In this document: positions 23,057-33,092 of the stretch, one piece after another
How positions within the stretch are numbered: the first letter of the stretch is position 1
Layout: the number at the start of each line of letters is the position of its first letter
Assembly: GCA_963734555.1 (NCBI GenBank)
Contig: CAVTHQ010000010.1
Location: 21,896-85,895 of the forward strand
DNA: 64,000 nucleotides
Direction of reading: 5' to 3'
DNA from: Ilumatobacteraceae bacterium
GTDB lineage: Bacteria; Actinomycetota; Acidimicrobiia; Acidimicrobiales; Ilumatobacteraceae
Made by a program: the position numbers and the translations under genes
Notes under the pieces: generated by a model
The model's input: only the letters and a program-made list of their open reading frames with translations
What the model was told of the DNA's origin: nothing
Database searches by the model: none

Positions 23057-24070
23057 TGACAGCGACCCTGCCGATGGCGATCACGATGGGTGATGCGTCG
23101 GGTGTTGGCCCCGAGATCGTGCTGCGGCGTGCCGCCGAGGGAGCGTTCGACGCCGAAGCCGTCGTGGTCTACGGCGACCTCGCCGTCTTGCGGCATGGCG
23201 CCTTGTTGCTCGGAATCGACGTACCGATGGAAGCGATCACCGATCCTGGGCAATGGCGGCCGGGCCCGCTGCAGGTGGTCGACGCCGGCTTGCTCGAGGC
23301 CGCCGATCATCGTCCGGGCGTCATCGATGCGGCCTCGGGTGCAGCCGCTCGGCAGTACGTCGTCGCGGCGACCGACGATGCGTTGGCGCGAACGGGTCGC
23401 CGGCATCGTCACGATGCCGATGAACAAAGAAGCGACGCAACTCAGCGATCCGGGATTCGTCGGCCATACCGAACTGATCGCCGCGGCATGCGGGGTGGAT
23501 CGCTTCACGATGATGCTGACCGCCGGCGATCTGGCGGTCACGCACGTCAGCACCCACGTGTCGTTGCGCGAGGCGATCAGCAGGGTCACCACGCAGCGCG
23601 TGATCGACGTCATCGAGCTGACCCACGCGACGCTGCATCGCTTCCTCGACCAACCCCGTATCGCCGTGTGCGGAGTCAATCCGCACGCCGGCGAGCATGG
23701 CCTGTTCGGATCGGAAGATGCGGATCAGATCGTGCCGGCCATCGCAGCATGCCGCGCAGCCGGTATCGATGCCACGGGCCCGCATCCGGCCGACACGGTG
23801 TTCCACCAAGCTGTTCACGGCCACCGCTTCGATGCGATCGTGTGCATGTACCACGATCAGGGCCACACACCGATGAAGTTGTTGGCCTTCGAGAGTGGCG
23901 TCAACGTGACGGTCGGTCTACCGATCGTGCGCACCTCGGTCGATCACGGCACGGCGTTCGACATCGCCTGGCAAGGCGTTGCGTTCACCGATTCGCTCGA
24001 CCACGCGTTGCGATGGGCGTTGCGTCTCGCCGAACCGTCATCGCTCGACGGGTCGGCGCCCGGTCAGTGA
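23056..24070 (+). pseudogene. pdxA: PdxA-family 4-hydroxy(threonine/threonate)-4-phosphate dehydrogenase with one +1 frame break at about 23389
   Basis: N-terminal part AITMGDASGVGPEIV...; after the break, VAGIVTMPMNKEA...GHTELIA...AVCGVNPHAGEHGLFG...YHDQGHTPMKLL...VTVGLPIVRTSVDHGTAFDIA (PdxA metal and substrate motifs). Confidence 0.85.
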
Positions 24071-25233
24071 GGGTCGACGAGGTCGAGGAACTGCCAGTGC
24101 TTGCCCTCGGCGATGCCGACGAGCTCGCGGCCGCACGTCTGCCACACGGCCGGCCCAGACGTGACGTGCTGGGTGCCGGCATGCACGTCGCGGTACAGCC
24201 GCTGCAGCGTTCCGCGGCGTAGCGCCGTGGTGCCGCCGGCGAGGTACACGAAGCTGGCCACCTCGTGCAGTTCTTTGGTGATGTTGGCCAGCGCCAAGCG
24301 GAGGAGGGTGTGCTGGCGCACGGAGATGTCGTCACCTGCGTAGAGCGTCTTCGACACGTCGGTGAACGCTTCGAGCACGAACGCCCGCGCCGAACGGAAG
24401 CCCGCTTCGGCCTGTGCGTAGCCCTGCTGGAACGCGCTGTTGTCGGCCTGCGCCCCGGGTCGCCCGGCCTTGCTGTGCACCAATCCGGCCAGCTCGTCGA
24501 GCATGCGGCGGCCCACGCCCATGGCCCACCCCGAGTGGCAGGTCACGGCGAAGCCGATGATGCCGAGGCCGTAGAGGCTGCCGCCGCGCTCGGGCACCGT
24601 GGTGATCGCGAAGTGGCTCCATCCATCGGGGACGAAGACGGAGTCCATCGAGTAGTCGATGCTGCCGGTGCCGCACAGGCCGAGCACGTCCCAGTTGTCG
24701 AGGAGGTTCACCGATTCGATCGGTGTGACGAAGATGCGCGGCTCACCGGTCTCTTCGATGATGCCGAGCGAGTGCACGTGCGACGAGTGCTTCAGGCCCG
24801 AGCCGAAGCTCCACGACCCGCTGAGCGAATGCCCGCCGGCGACCGTCTTGGCGGTGCCGGGCCGCGTGCCCTGGCCGGCGATGACCGGCTGTCTGCCGTC
24901 GCCCCACAGTTCGGCGACGGCGTGATCCGACAGGTACGCGCCGGCGGTGCCGATCGAGAGGTTGGCGGCCATCGTGACCCAGCCTGCCGAGGCATCGCCG
25001 TACGACAAGTTCTCCAACACTTCCAGCGAGTGCACGGGGTCGAGCTCGGCGCCACCGAGCTTCTCGGGAACCCAGATCTTCAACAGACCTTCTCGATGCA
25101 AGGCCTCGACGACTGCCGGTGAGAGCTGGCCTTGCGTGTCGGCGAACACAGCCTCTTGATCGAGCAAGGGGACGAGCGCCTTGGCCCGTTCGGCAAGGAT
25201 GGATTGTTCGGTGAGGTTCTCGCCGAGCGTCAT
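24064..25233 (-). CDS. Acyl-CoA dehydrogenase-fold flavin-dependent oxidoreductase/monooxygenase
   Basis: 389 aa, intact, ACAD-like three-domain pattern (GWVTMAANLS..., WSFGSG...). I recognised no catalytic-base signature, so the substrate is unknown. Confidence 0.7.
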   Translation of the reverse strand: MTLGENLTEQSILAERAKALVPLLDQEAVFADTQGQLSPAVVEALHREGLLKIWVPEKLGGAELDPVHSLEVLENLSYGDASAGWVTMAANLSIGTAGAYLSDHAVAELWGDGRQPVIAGQGTRPGTAKTVAGGHSLSGSWSFGSGLKHSSHVHSLGIIEETGEPRIFVTPIESVNLLDNWDVLGLCGTGSIDYSMDSVFVPDGWSHFAITTVPERGGSLYGLGIIGFAVTCHSGWAMGVGRRMLDELAGLVHSKAGRPGAQADNSAFQQGYAQAEAGFRSARAFVLEAFTDVSKTLYAGDDISVRQHTLLRLALANITKELHEVASFVYLAGGTTALRRGTLQRLYRDVHAGTQHVTSGPAVWQTCGRELVGIAEGKHWQFLDLVDPH

Positions 25234-25281
25234 GGTGGTGGGCTCCCTGGATGGTCGGTCGGCTGGTGCGCCGCTCCGAGC

Positions 25282-26587
25282 TTAGGCAGGGACCATGGCT
25301 CTGGCCGCTTCGAGCTTGGCGGTGGTGAGCTTGCGGCGGCCGGCGATGAACAGGCAGGCATAGATCGCCGAGTCGAGGAAGAATGCCGACCGCAACGCGA
25401 CGCGCCGGTTGGCCAGGTGGCTGACGACGGTGACGGTGACACCGCCCAGTGCGGCGCCGATCGGCATCATCCCCCAGGCGAAGAAGCGGTACACGCTGTT
25501 CACCCGTCCGAGCAGGTGGGGCGGGATGATCGTCTGGCGCAGGCTGACGGTGATCACGTTCCACGACGCGCCAAGCGTTGCCCCGATGGCGAACATCACC
25601 ATGACCACGGGCCACAACGACGACAGACCCACCACGAACGACACCAACGCACTGGATCCGAGGGTGAGGGCGAGGCAGGTGCCGCTGCCGATCCGCTTCG
25701 ACAACCATGGCGCAGTGTTGGCGCCCAGTGCACCGCCTGCCGCGAAACCGAAGCCCATGATCGTGAACACCAACGGGCCGATCTTCAGGATCTCCTGGGC
25801 GAACAGCACCAGCACCGAGCCGCTGAGGGTCGAGGCCATGTTCATCAGCCCGAGGATGATGGCCATCGATCGCAGCAGATCGTTCGACCACAACCATCGG
25901 AAGCCCTCGGCCAGCTCGCTTCGCCACGGGGCCTGCACGTGACCCGTCCGGCCGTTCTGCGCGGAAGGAGCCGGGGATCGAGGCGACCAGCGCGGCAGCA
26001 GCGAAGAACGATGCCGCGTCGACGAAGAAGGGCAGGGCGAAGGCGGCGAGCAGCAGCAGGGATCCGAGTGGCGGGCCGACGAACGTGTTGGCGATGCCTT
26101 CGGCGCTCCACATGCGCCCGTTGGCAACCTCGAGCTGGTCGTGGTCGACGATCGAGGGCATGAACGTCTGGCCGCAGTTGTCGCGCAGCACCTCGCCGGT
26201 GCCGAGCAGCAGGGTGGCGAAGAGCAGCACGATGTACAGCCCGGTCTCCGTGCCGCGGACTCCGGCCAACTCGTTGGGGCCCGGTAGCCCGGATTGCTTG
26301 CTCAGCACCGCCAGGGCGACCACCAGGGTGAGACCGAAGCGGGCGAAGTCGGCGGTCACCATTGCCCGCTTGCGGTCGACGCGATCGGTGATCACTCCGG
26401 CCGGCAAGGTGAACACCAGCCACGGCAGGCGCTGCACCAGCACGACCAGCGAGATCAGGATCGGATTGCGGGTGATCGCCGATGCCAGCCAGGGATAGGC
26501 GATCGTCGACATCCCGTCGCCGACGTTGGAGATGACGGTGGAGATGAACAGCTTGTGGTAGCTGGCTCCGAGGCGGCGCTTGGTCAC
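25282..26587 (-). pseudogene. MFS transporter (EntS/MFS_3-like) with one +1 frame break at about 25951
   Basis: The N-terminal 6 TM run in frame from 26587 (...LPAGVITDRVDRKRAM...). The C-terminal 6 TM (RTGHVQAPWRSELAEGFRWLW...RVNSVYRFF...) lie in the next frame, ending at 25282. Confidence 0.75.
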
Positions 26588-27201
26588 GCGGTCTCCTTCG
26601 GGGCGACGGGCCGCTTGGTCGGGAAGACACCGGCCAGGAAGGCGTACTCCTTCGACCCGCCTCGTGGCAGCCGGGTGAACTCGGTCGCCAGGGCCATCAG
26701 CCGGTCGGCGAACTCGTCGGCCAGTTCGGCAGGAATCCGGGCGTGACGCAGCGTGAATCCGCCGGCGCAGTGCGGGTCGGACAGATCCGCTTCGGCGCGG
26801 GCATCGGCGACGAACGGCAGGTCACCGTCGCGCGTCGAGTCGGGGAAGACGATGGTGTTGGCCGTTCGGCCGTAGAAGCGCTCGTCGATGGCCCGCACCC
26901 GGCGGGTCGACGTGACCTTCAGCAGGCCGGCATCGACGAGCACGTCGACGTGGTGAGCCACCGAGCCCCGTGGCTTGCGGACCCGCTCGGCCAGCTCGGT
27001 GACCGTCATCGCCCGCTCCAGCACGAGGTCGAGGATCAGTGCCCGCAGCGGATGACCGACGGCCTTCAGGCGCGCCGGGGAGTCGGCATGGATCGTCTCA
27101 TCGAGGTCGTACCCGAGATCGAATGGCTGTGCCGCCGGGGTCTTCCCCTGTTTCTTGTTGGGTGCCCTGCTGGGTCTCTCGTTGGGCTGTTTGTCCGACA
27201 T
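26584..27201 (-). CDS. ArsR-family winged-helix transcriptional regulator with C-terminal extension
   Basis: LKAVGHPLRALILDLVLERAMTVTELAERVRKPRGSVAHHVDVLVDAGLL is an ArsR-type HTH. ATG 27201. The gene is divergent from the MFS gene at 27269. Confidence 0.75.
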   Translation of the reverse strand: MSDKQPNERPSRAPNKKQGKTPAAQPFDLGYDLDETIHADSPARLKAVGHPLRALILDLVLERAMTVTELAERVRKPRGSVAHHVDVLVDAGLLKVTSTRRVRAIDERFYGRTANTIVFPDSTRDGDLPFVADARAEADLSDPHCAGGFTLRHARIPAELADEFADRLMALATEFTRLPRGGSKEYAFLAGVFPTKRPVAPKETA

Positions 27202-27237
27202 TTGTCGAATGATAAGGAATAGTCGGACATTCGTCAA
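27193..27237. promoter_or_regulatory. Candidate operator: two roughly 16-bp direct repeats in the AT-richer ArsR/MFS divergent region
   Basis: GTCCGACATTTGTCGAA (27193-27209, containing the palindrome CGACA-TT-TGTCG) and GTCGGACATTCGTCAA (27222-27237). The first overlaps the ArsR start codon. Confidence 0.3.
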
Positions 27238-27268
27238 GCGCGGGTTCCTCCGGGCAATACTGGCGGGC

Positions 27269-28453
27269 ATGCGCACTCGCTCGGTGGTCGTCGTCTTCGG
27301 CGCGCTGACGGCGCTGTTCGCCTCGGGTTACGGCGTGATGTTCACCGTGCTCGACGACTTCCGCGACAAGTACGGCATCGGCGAGGGTGCGCTCGGGCTG
27401 GTCGTTGCCATGGGTTTCCTGTCGTCGTTCCTGGCCCAGGTGACGATCGCCCCGCTCGCCGATCGAGGCCACGCGCGGGTGATGATCGTCGTCGGGATGG
27501 CCTGCAACGTTGCCGGCCTCCTCGGCATGGCCTACGGCAGCACCGTGGCTGTCTTGTTGACCGCCAGGTTCGTGATGGGCGTCGGCGTCGGGCTGGCCTA
27601 CCCGGCGGCGCGCCGGATCGTGATCCTCGCCGAGCCCGATCAGTTGGGAAAGAACCTCGGCCGGATGCTGGCCTGCGACGTCGCCGGTTTCGCCGCCGGA
27701 CCGGCAGTGTCGGCCGTGCTCGTCGGCCCGTTCGGGATCGCCGCGCCGTTTCTCGTGATCGCTGCGTTGATGGTCGCCTGCTTCCCGCTCGTCGCTCGGA
27801 CGAAGGTGTCGGAAACGGCAGACGACCTCGCGCCGCCGCCCAGGTTCGCCTTCGATCTGTTGCGCATCCGGCCGTATCTGGCTGCGGTCTCGATGGGGTC
27901 GGCTGTGTTCATGATGATCGGCGCCTTCGATGCCCTGTGGGCGCTCGTGCTCGACGATCTGCACGCCAGACCGGTGATCGCCAACCTCGGCATCACCCTG
28001 TTCGCCGTCCCCGTCGTGCTGTTCGGGTCGATCGGCGGGAGGTTGGCCCAATCGATCGGGCCGTTCCGATACGGCACCTTCGGTCTGCTGGTGGGTGCGG
28101 TGGCGATGGTCGCCTATGGACACGCCCCATCAGGTGAGGTGATGCTGGCGATCTCGGTGGTGCACGCCATCAACGATGGCCTGACCGTGAGCAGCTCGGG
28201 TGTTGCTGTGGGAATGGTCGTTCCTGCCGAACGCCAGGCCAGCGCCCAAGGCCTGCTCGGTGGGGCCGAGACGCTCGTCGCCGGCATCACCGCCACAGTG
28301 ATCGGCCAGATCTACCAACACCTCGGCCGCACGGTGGCCTACACCTCGTGTGCAGCGGCGATGCTGGCCCTGATCATCACCGGCGCCGTGCTGTCGGGCA
28401 CGTCGTGGCGACTGCGCGACGTGTCGACCCGGCAGGCAGCCGTGTCGGCCTGA
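27269..28453 (+). CDS. MFS transporter
   Basis: 394 aa, 12 hydrophobic segments, MFS loop motif LADRGHAR. ATG 27269. Confidence 0.85.
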   Translation: MRTRSVVVVFGALTALFASGYGVMFTVLDDFRDKYGIGEGALGLVVAMGFLSSFLAQVTIAPLADRGHARVMIVVGMACNVAGLLGMAYGSTVAVLLTARFVMGVGVGLAYPAARRIVILAEPDQLGKNLGRMLACDVAGFAAGPAVSAVLVGPFGIAAPFLVIAALMVACFPLVARTKVSETADDLAPPPRFAFDLLRIRPYLAAVSMGSAVFMMIGAFDALWALVLDDLHARPVIANLGITLFAVPVVLFGSIGGRLAQSIGPFRYGTFGLLVGAVAMVAYGHAPSGEVMLAISVVHAINDGLTVSSSGVAVGMVVPAERQASAQGLLGGAETLVAGITATVIGQIYQHLGRTVAYTSCAAAMLALIITGAVLSGTSWRLRDVSTRQAAVSA

Positions 28454-28480
28454 CGAGCGGCCTCGCCAGGCCGTCGACCT

Positions 28481-28577
28481 TGTGGAGTGTTTGGGGCCTA
28501 CCTGGGTGCGGTGAAGCACTCCACACCGATCCTGTGGAGTGTTTGGGGTCCGCCTGGGTGCGGTGAAGCACTCCACG
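28481..28577. repeat. Tandem pair (52-nt period) of a roughly 45-nt hairpin element
   Basis: Copy 1, 28481-28525: TGTGGAGTG-TTTGGGGCCTACCTGGGTGCGGTGAAG-CACTCCACA. Copy 2, 28533-28576, is near identical. Each has an 8-9 bp stem and a 27-nt loop. They lie between convergent genes. Confidence 0.75.
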
Positions 28578-28599
28578 GGCACCTGACGTGCGGTCGCCC

Positions 28600-29275
28600 T
28601 CAGCTGAGGTGGTCGTCGAAGAAGCGGTAGCTGCGGGCCTGGGCGATGGCGGCGGGGACGGCGCTGAACGAGGCGCGGTGGTCGCAGTTGAAGCCGTGTT
28701 CGGCGTCGTACAGGTGCACGGTGACGTTGGGCCATGCCGCGGAGATCTTGGCGACGTCGTCGAGCGGGATGGCGTGGTCGCGCTCGCCGAAGTGCATCAT
28801 CATCGGCACCGTTGGGGCTCTTGTCGATCAAACCGACGGTGCTGCCGCCGTAGTACGACACTGCCGCGTCGAAGATGCCCGCATGGTGGATGGCGGCCGC
28901 AGCCGTGACCAATCCGCCGAAGCAGTAGCCGACCACGCCGACCTTGCCGGCCTCTCTGGCGGCGGCGCCGGCAGCGGCAACGTCGGCCAGGACCTTCTGG
29001 AAGTCGAGCGTGCCGCGGGCGATGTCGCGGCCGACGGCGATGTCGTCTTCGGTGTAGCCGAGCTCGATGCCCGGCCGCTCGCGGTCGAAGATCGCCGGGG
29101 CGATGGCGAGGTAGCCGGCCGCTGCGTATCGATCGGCCACCGAACGGATGTGGCTGTTGACGCCGAAGATCTCCTGGACGACGACGATGCCCCCATGAGC
29201 GGTGCCCTCGGGCTCGGCACGGTAGGCCGACAGCTGGAACCCATCGGACGACGTCAGTGAAATGGTGGTACCCAT
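28600..29275 (-). pseudogene. Dienelactone hydrolase family protein with one +1 frame break at about 28812
   Basis: GGIVVVQEIFGVNSHIR, the nucleophile-elbow-like VGVVGYCFGG, then after the break VPMMMHFGERDHAIP...HGF. The N-terminal part is in the same frame as the upstream MFS ORF. Confidence 0.8.
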
Positions 29276-30499
29276 GCCGCCGACTGTATTCGCGGCGGCG
29301 CTCAGTCGAGAGCTGGAGCGATCGAACGTGCCGTTCGGGCGTCGCGATGCGGGTCGCTGCGTGACGGCTCCGATGGCGCCGACCACTGGCACGATCAGCA
29401 GCGCCAGGCGCAGACCGACGCGGTCGGCGAGCACACCCAGGGTAAGTGGCCCGAGCGTGACTGCGGTACCCGAAGCGAGGATGCAGATCGCACCGAGGGA
29501 GATCGAATCGATCTTGTGCTCCGCCGAGGCGTACAGCCGATCGACGGTGAGCGGGTACAGCGGCGCTCCACCGAAACCGACGAGCAGCAGACCGCCGACT
29601 CGCGGCAAGAGCCCCGGGGCGAAGCACATCACCAGGGCCCCGATGGCCAGCATCGCGAAGCTGGCGGTGATCGTGGCGTCGCCGAGGTACCGCATGGTGG
29701 TCGGCAGCACGAGACGGGAGAGGAACATCATCACGCCGAACACTCCGGCCAGTGCTGCCGCTTGCCCGCCGGAGGCGTGACCGACCTCTTTCAAGTAGGT
29801 GGCAGCCCACACGCCGACAGCGAACTCGGAGAACACGGCATTGACGATGTACAGCCACGGAACGAACACGTCGCGCTCGCGGAGGTGGGCAAGCGTGAAG
29901 GCCCCTTGGCGAGGTGACTCGGGCACCGACACCGGCCAGGCCACTGCCGTGAGGACGATGACGATGACCGCCGTGATGATCAAGTACGGCGGACGCCACG
30001 ACCAGTGCAATGCCAGCGCTGCGCCGATGACGAGGCTGAAGGTGACACCGGCGAGGCCGGGAGCACCGTTGACCGCGGCGAACGCTTCGGCGCGGTGCTC
30101 GCCATGGTGGTCGCTGATCAGGGCCGGCATGACCATCACCAACAGTGCGCCGCCGAGGCCCGCCAGCGCCGTGCCGGTGAGCGTGATCGGCCACGCGGGC
30201 CCGAGGCAGAACATCGTGATGCCGGTCGCGATCGCCACTGCCGAGGTGACCAACGAACCCCGGCGGCCGAGGCGGTCGACCACGCGCACACCGAACAAAC
30301 CGGCGCAGATCGAGGCGAAGCCGAACGTCGAGCCATGCAGCGCGGCGATCACTCCTGACAGGTGGAACTGGTGCCGCAACTCGCCGAGGACGACGCCGAC
30401 ACTGAGCCCGCCGACGAGCAGTGCGTAGCCGAGCGCCGAGGCATAGGTGAGCCGATCCCACCTGAACCTCTCGGTGGTCATCGGGCCCGCGTTCACCAT
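29276..30499 (-). CDS. MFS transporter with no stop codon before the downstream hydrolase ATG
   Basis: About 400 aa with 12 hydrophobic segments, from ATG 30499 (alternative 30481). The frame continues uninterrupted into MGTTISL... of the dienelactone hydrolase. Confidence 0.7.
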
Positions 30500-30572
30500 C
30501 TCCTTTGTACCAGTAAAGAAGGTCGTCGCGGCGGCTCAAATGCGGAAAGGTTCGCGCCCTAGGGTGTGACTC

Positions 30573-31773
30573 GTGGCAAGTTCTGCAGACACCGAGCGTT
30601 ATGACGTGGCCGTCGTCGGCCTTGGGCTGATCGGGGCAGCCGCGCTGCGCCACCTCTCGGTCGCGGGCATGCGCTGTGTCGGCATCGGCCCGGCCGAGCC
30701 GGCCGAATGGAGCAACCACCGCGGCGTGTTCGCCAGTCACTACGACTCGGGTCGAATCACCCGCCGCCTCGACAAGCAGCGCGAGTGGGCAGTGCTGGCC
30801 GGGCGAGCCATCGAGGCCTACGCCGGGATCGAGGCAGAGTCGGGCATCCGCTTCCACCATCCCGTCGGAGTGCTGATGGCCGAGGTCGATGCAGACCGCC
30901 TGGCGTCCACGATCGCCGTCGGTCGGGGCCTGGGCGTGGAGTTCGAGACGTATGCGCCCGGCCGGCCGTTCGGCGACGATCGTGTCGCCCTTCCCGCCAC
31001 TGCCACCGTCTTGCGCGAGCCGGGCCCTGGTGGGTTCATCGATCCGCGGCGGATGCTCGCCGCCCAACTGGTTGTTGGGCGACAGCGCGGCGCCCGGATC
31101 GTCGACGAGCAGGTCGCGGGCATCGAGAGCCGATCCACCGGTGGATGGCGGGTGGTCACGGCCACGGGGACGGTCGTCGAGGCCGAGCATGTCGTGATCG
31201 CCACGGGCCCGCATGCCGACGAGCTGGCCGGCCTGCCGGTGCGGCCGCGCATCGACGTGCTCGCCGAGACCGTTCTGCTGGCCAGGGTGTCACCAACCGA
31301 GCGGCACCGGCTCGACGGTCTGCCCTCCATCATCGTCGACGACCCTCGTTCCGATCACCTGTACACCGTGCCGCCGACCGAGTATCCCGACGGCTTCACC
31401 TACATGAAGCTCGGCGCAACCCGCACCGGCGACAAGGTGATGTCGGCAGCGGGGCGCCGTGAGTGGATGTCGGGCGATCAACACGCCGCCGACCTCGACT
31501 GGTTGCGCGGTCTGCTCGTGGCCCTGGTGCCCGGGTTGCAGGCCGAGGCCTGGTTGACCAAGCCGTGTCTGATCCCCGAGACTCCCGACGAAGTTGCCGT
31601 ACCTCGAGATCGTCGAGCCCGGGTGTGTGATGGCGGTCGGCAGCAACGGCTACGCGGCCAAGAGTGCCGACGCGATCGGCGCGCTGGCAGCCGGCCTCGT
31701 CATCAACGGGCGGTGGACCGACACCGGGCTCGACGAGCGTTCCTTCGAGCTGCTCGGCGATTCGAGGGCGTGA
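30573..31773 (+). pseudogene. FAD-dependent oxidoreductase (DAO / sarcosine-oxidase-like) with one +1 frame break at about 31590
   Basis: YDVAVVGLGLIGAAALRHL dinucleotide fold. After ...IPETPD the continuation KLPYLEIVEPGCVMAVGSNGYAAKSADAIGAL...GDSRA runs in the next frame to TGA 31771-31773. Confidence 0.75.
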
Positions 31774-32165
31774 TGGCCAACACCGATTTCAAGTCGGTCG
31801 ACGAGTACATCGCGTCGCTTCCCGAGCAGGTGCAACCGGTTCTGCAGCGCGTCCGCGGCACGCTTCACAAGGCCGTACCGGCCGCGAACGAAGTGATCAG
31901 CTACCAGATCCCGGCGCTGCGCACCGACGGCGGCATCGTGTTGTACTTCGCCGGGTGGAAGGAGCACTTCTCGATCTATCCGGTGACGGACGCGCTGATG
32001 GCTGCCTTCGGCGACGAGCTCCAGCCATACCGGGCGAGCAAGGGCACGCTGCGCTTCCCGCTCGATCGACCCGTGCCGGTGAGATTGATCGGTCGCCTCG
32101 CCAAGTTCCGCGCGGCAGAGGTCGCCGAGCTTGCCAAAGCCAAGAAGGCAGCAACGAAGCGATAG
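31773..32165 (+). CDS. DUF1801 (YdhG-like) domain protein
   Basis: 130 aa. FKSVDEYIASLPEQVQPVL...ISYQIPAL...LYFAGWKEHFSIYP...GTLRFPLD is the typical DUF1801 pattern (from memory). The ATG overlaps the preceding TGA. Confidence 0.65.
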   Translation: MANTDFKSVDEYIASLPEQVQPVLQRVRGTLHKAVPAANEVISYQIPALRTDGGIVLYFAGWKEHFSIYPVTDALMAAFGDELQPYRASKGTLRFPLDRPVPVRLIGRLAKFRAAEVAELAKAKKAATKR

Positions 32166-32171
32166 CGGTGG

Positions 32172-33092
32172 TCAGCGCGCCGGCGTCCACCCGGGGCGGC
32201 CGAACACGTGACCCAGCTTGGCGCGCAGGCCCGACGCGGCGCGCACGTCGCGGGCGATGTCGGCGAACTCGTGGTAGGCGATCCGCAACGGGTTGTAGGT
32301 GTTGATGTTCTTGGTGAGGCCGTACTTCACCCGCCGCAGCTCCGGCTCGAACGTGCCGAACAGCTTGTCCCAGAGGATCAGGATCCCGCCGTAGTTCTTG
32401 TCGAGGTACTGCTGGTTCGCGCCGTGGTGGGCGCGGTGGTGCGATGGGGTGTTGAACACCTTCTCGACGGGATCCGGCAGGCGATCGATCGTCTCGGTGT
32501 GGATCCAGTACTGGTACAGCAGGTTGAGCTGGCCGGCCTTTGCGGTCTTGGCGGTGGGGAAGCCGAGCAGCGGCATCGGGGCGAAGACCCAGAAGGTCAA
32601 GAACCCCGACCACGGTTGGCGCAATGCGGTGGAGAGGTTGTAGCGCTCGCTCGAGTGATGGGTGACATGGTTGGCCCACAGCAGGCGCACCTCGTGCATC
32701 CAACGATGGTCCCAGTAGTAGAGGAAGTCCCACAGCACCATCGCGGTGGCGATCGAGCCGCGGCGCAGGCCGACGTTGGCGACGCGGTGGCGGAACAAGA
32801 AGCGGTCGAACTTGCTGAACGCCGACAGGGTCGCGAAGCCGAAGGCGATGTTGCCCGCCAGCATCGTCAAGCTGGCAACCGTGTCCTTGCGTTCGTAGCC
32901 CACCGGCACGAGCGGGTCGCGAGGTAGTTGTGTGCCCGACAGCGTCTGCTCGTCGGCATCGCGCAGATCGCCGAAGGTGCGCTTGGGTACCTTGCGCAAT
33001 GCGGCGTACTCGGCCAGCATCGTGACCACGAACAGCGGGATCGACGCCTTGTCGACGAGGTCGAGTTGTCGGAGCGCCGACTGCTTCTTCAC
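32172..33092 (-). CDS. Fatty-acid hydroxylase / sterol desaturase superfamily membrane di-iron enzyme
   Basis: Histidine boxes HRWMH, HVTHH and HHRAHH, with hydrophobic N-terminal segments. GTG 33092 overlaps the upstream stop (GTGA). Confidence 0.8.
   Translation of the reverse strand: MKKQSALRQLDLVDKASIPLFVVTMLAEYAALRKVPKRTFGDLRDADEQTLSGTQLPRDPLVPVGYERKDTVASLTMLAGNIAFGFATLSAFSKFDRFLFRHRVANVGLRRGSIATAMVLWDFLYYWDHRWMHEVRLLWANHVTHHSSERYNLSTALRQPWSGFLTFWVFAPMPLLGFPTAKTAKAGQLNLLYQYWIHTETIDRLPDPVEKVFNTPSHHRAHHGANQQYLDKNYGGILILWDKLFGTFEPELRRVKYGLTKNINTYNPLRIAYHEFADIARDVRAASGLRAKLGHVFGRPGWTPAR

Noticed and set aside
28481-28577. Possible CRISPR array
   Set aside because: There are only two adjacent repeat units with an 8-nt spacer, no unique spacers of CRISPR length and no cas genes in the window. 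It is better described as a tandem hairpin repeat.
28130-28599. 3-prime 470 nt of the 789-aa minus-strand ORF, running across the hairpin repeats and into the end of the MFS gene
   Set aside because: This is out-of-frame read-through after the hydrolase frame break at about 28812. The real hydrolase C-terminus (VPMMMHFGERDH...DDHLS) ends at 28600 in the neighbouring frame.
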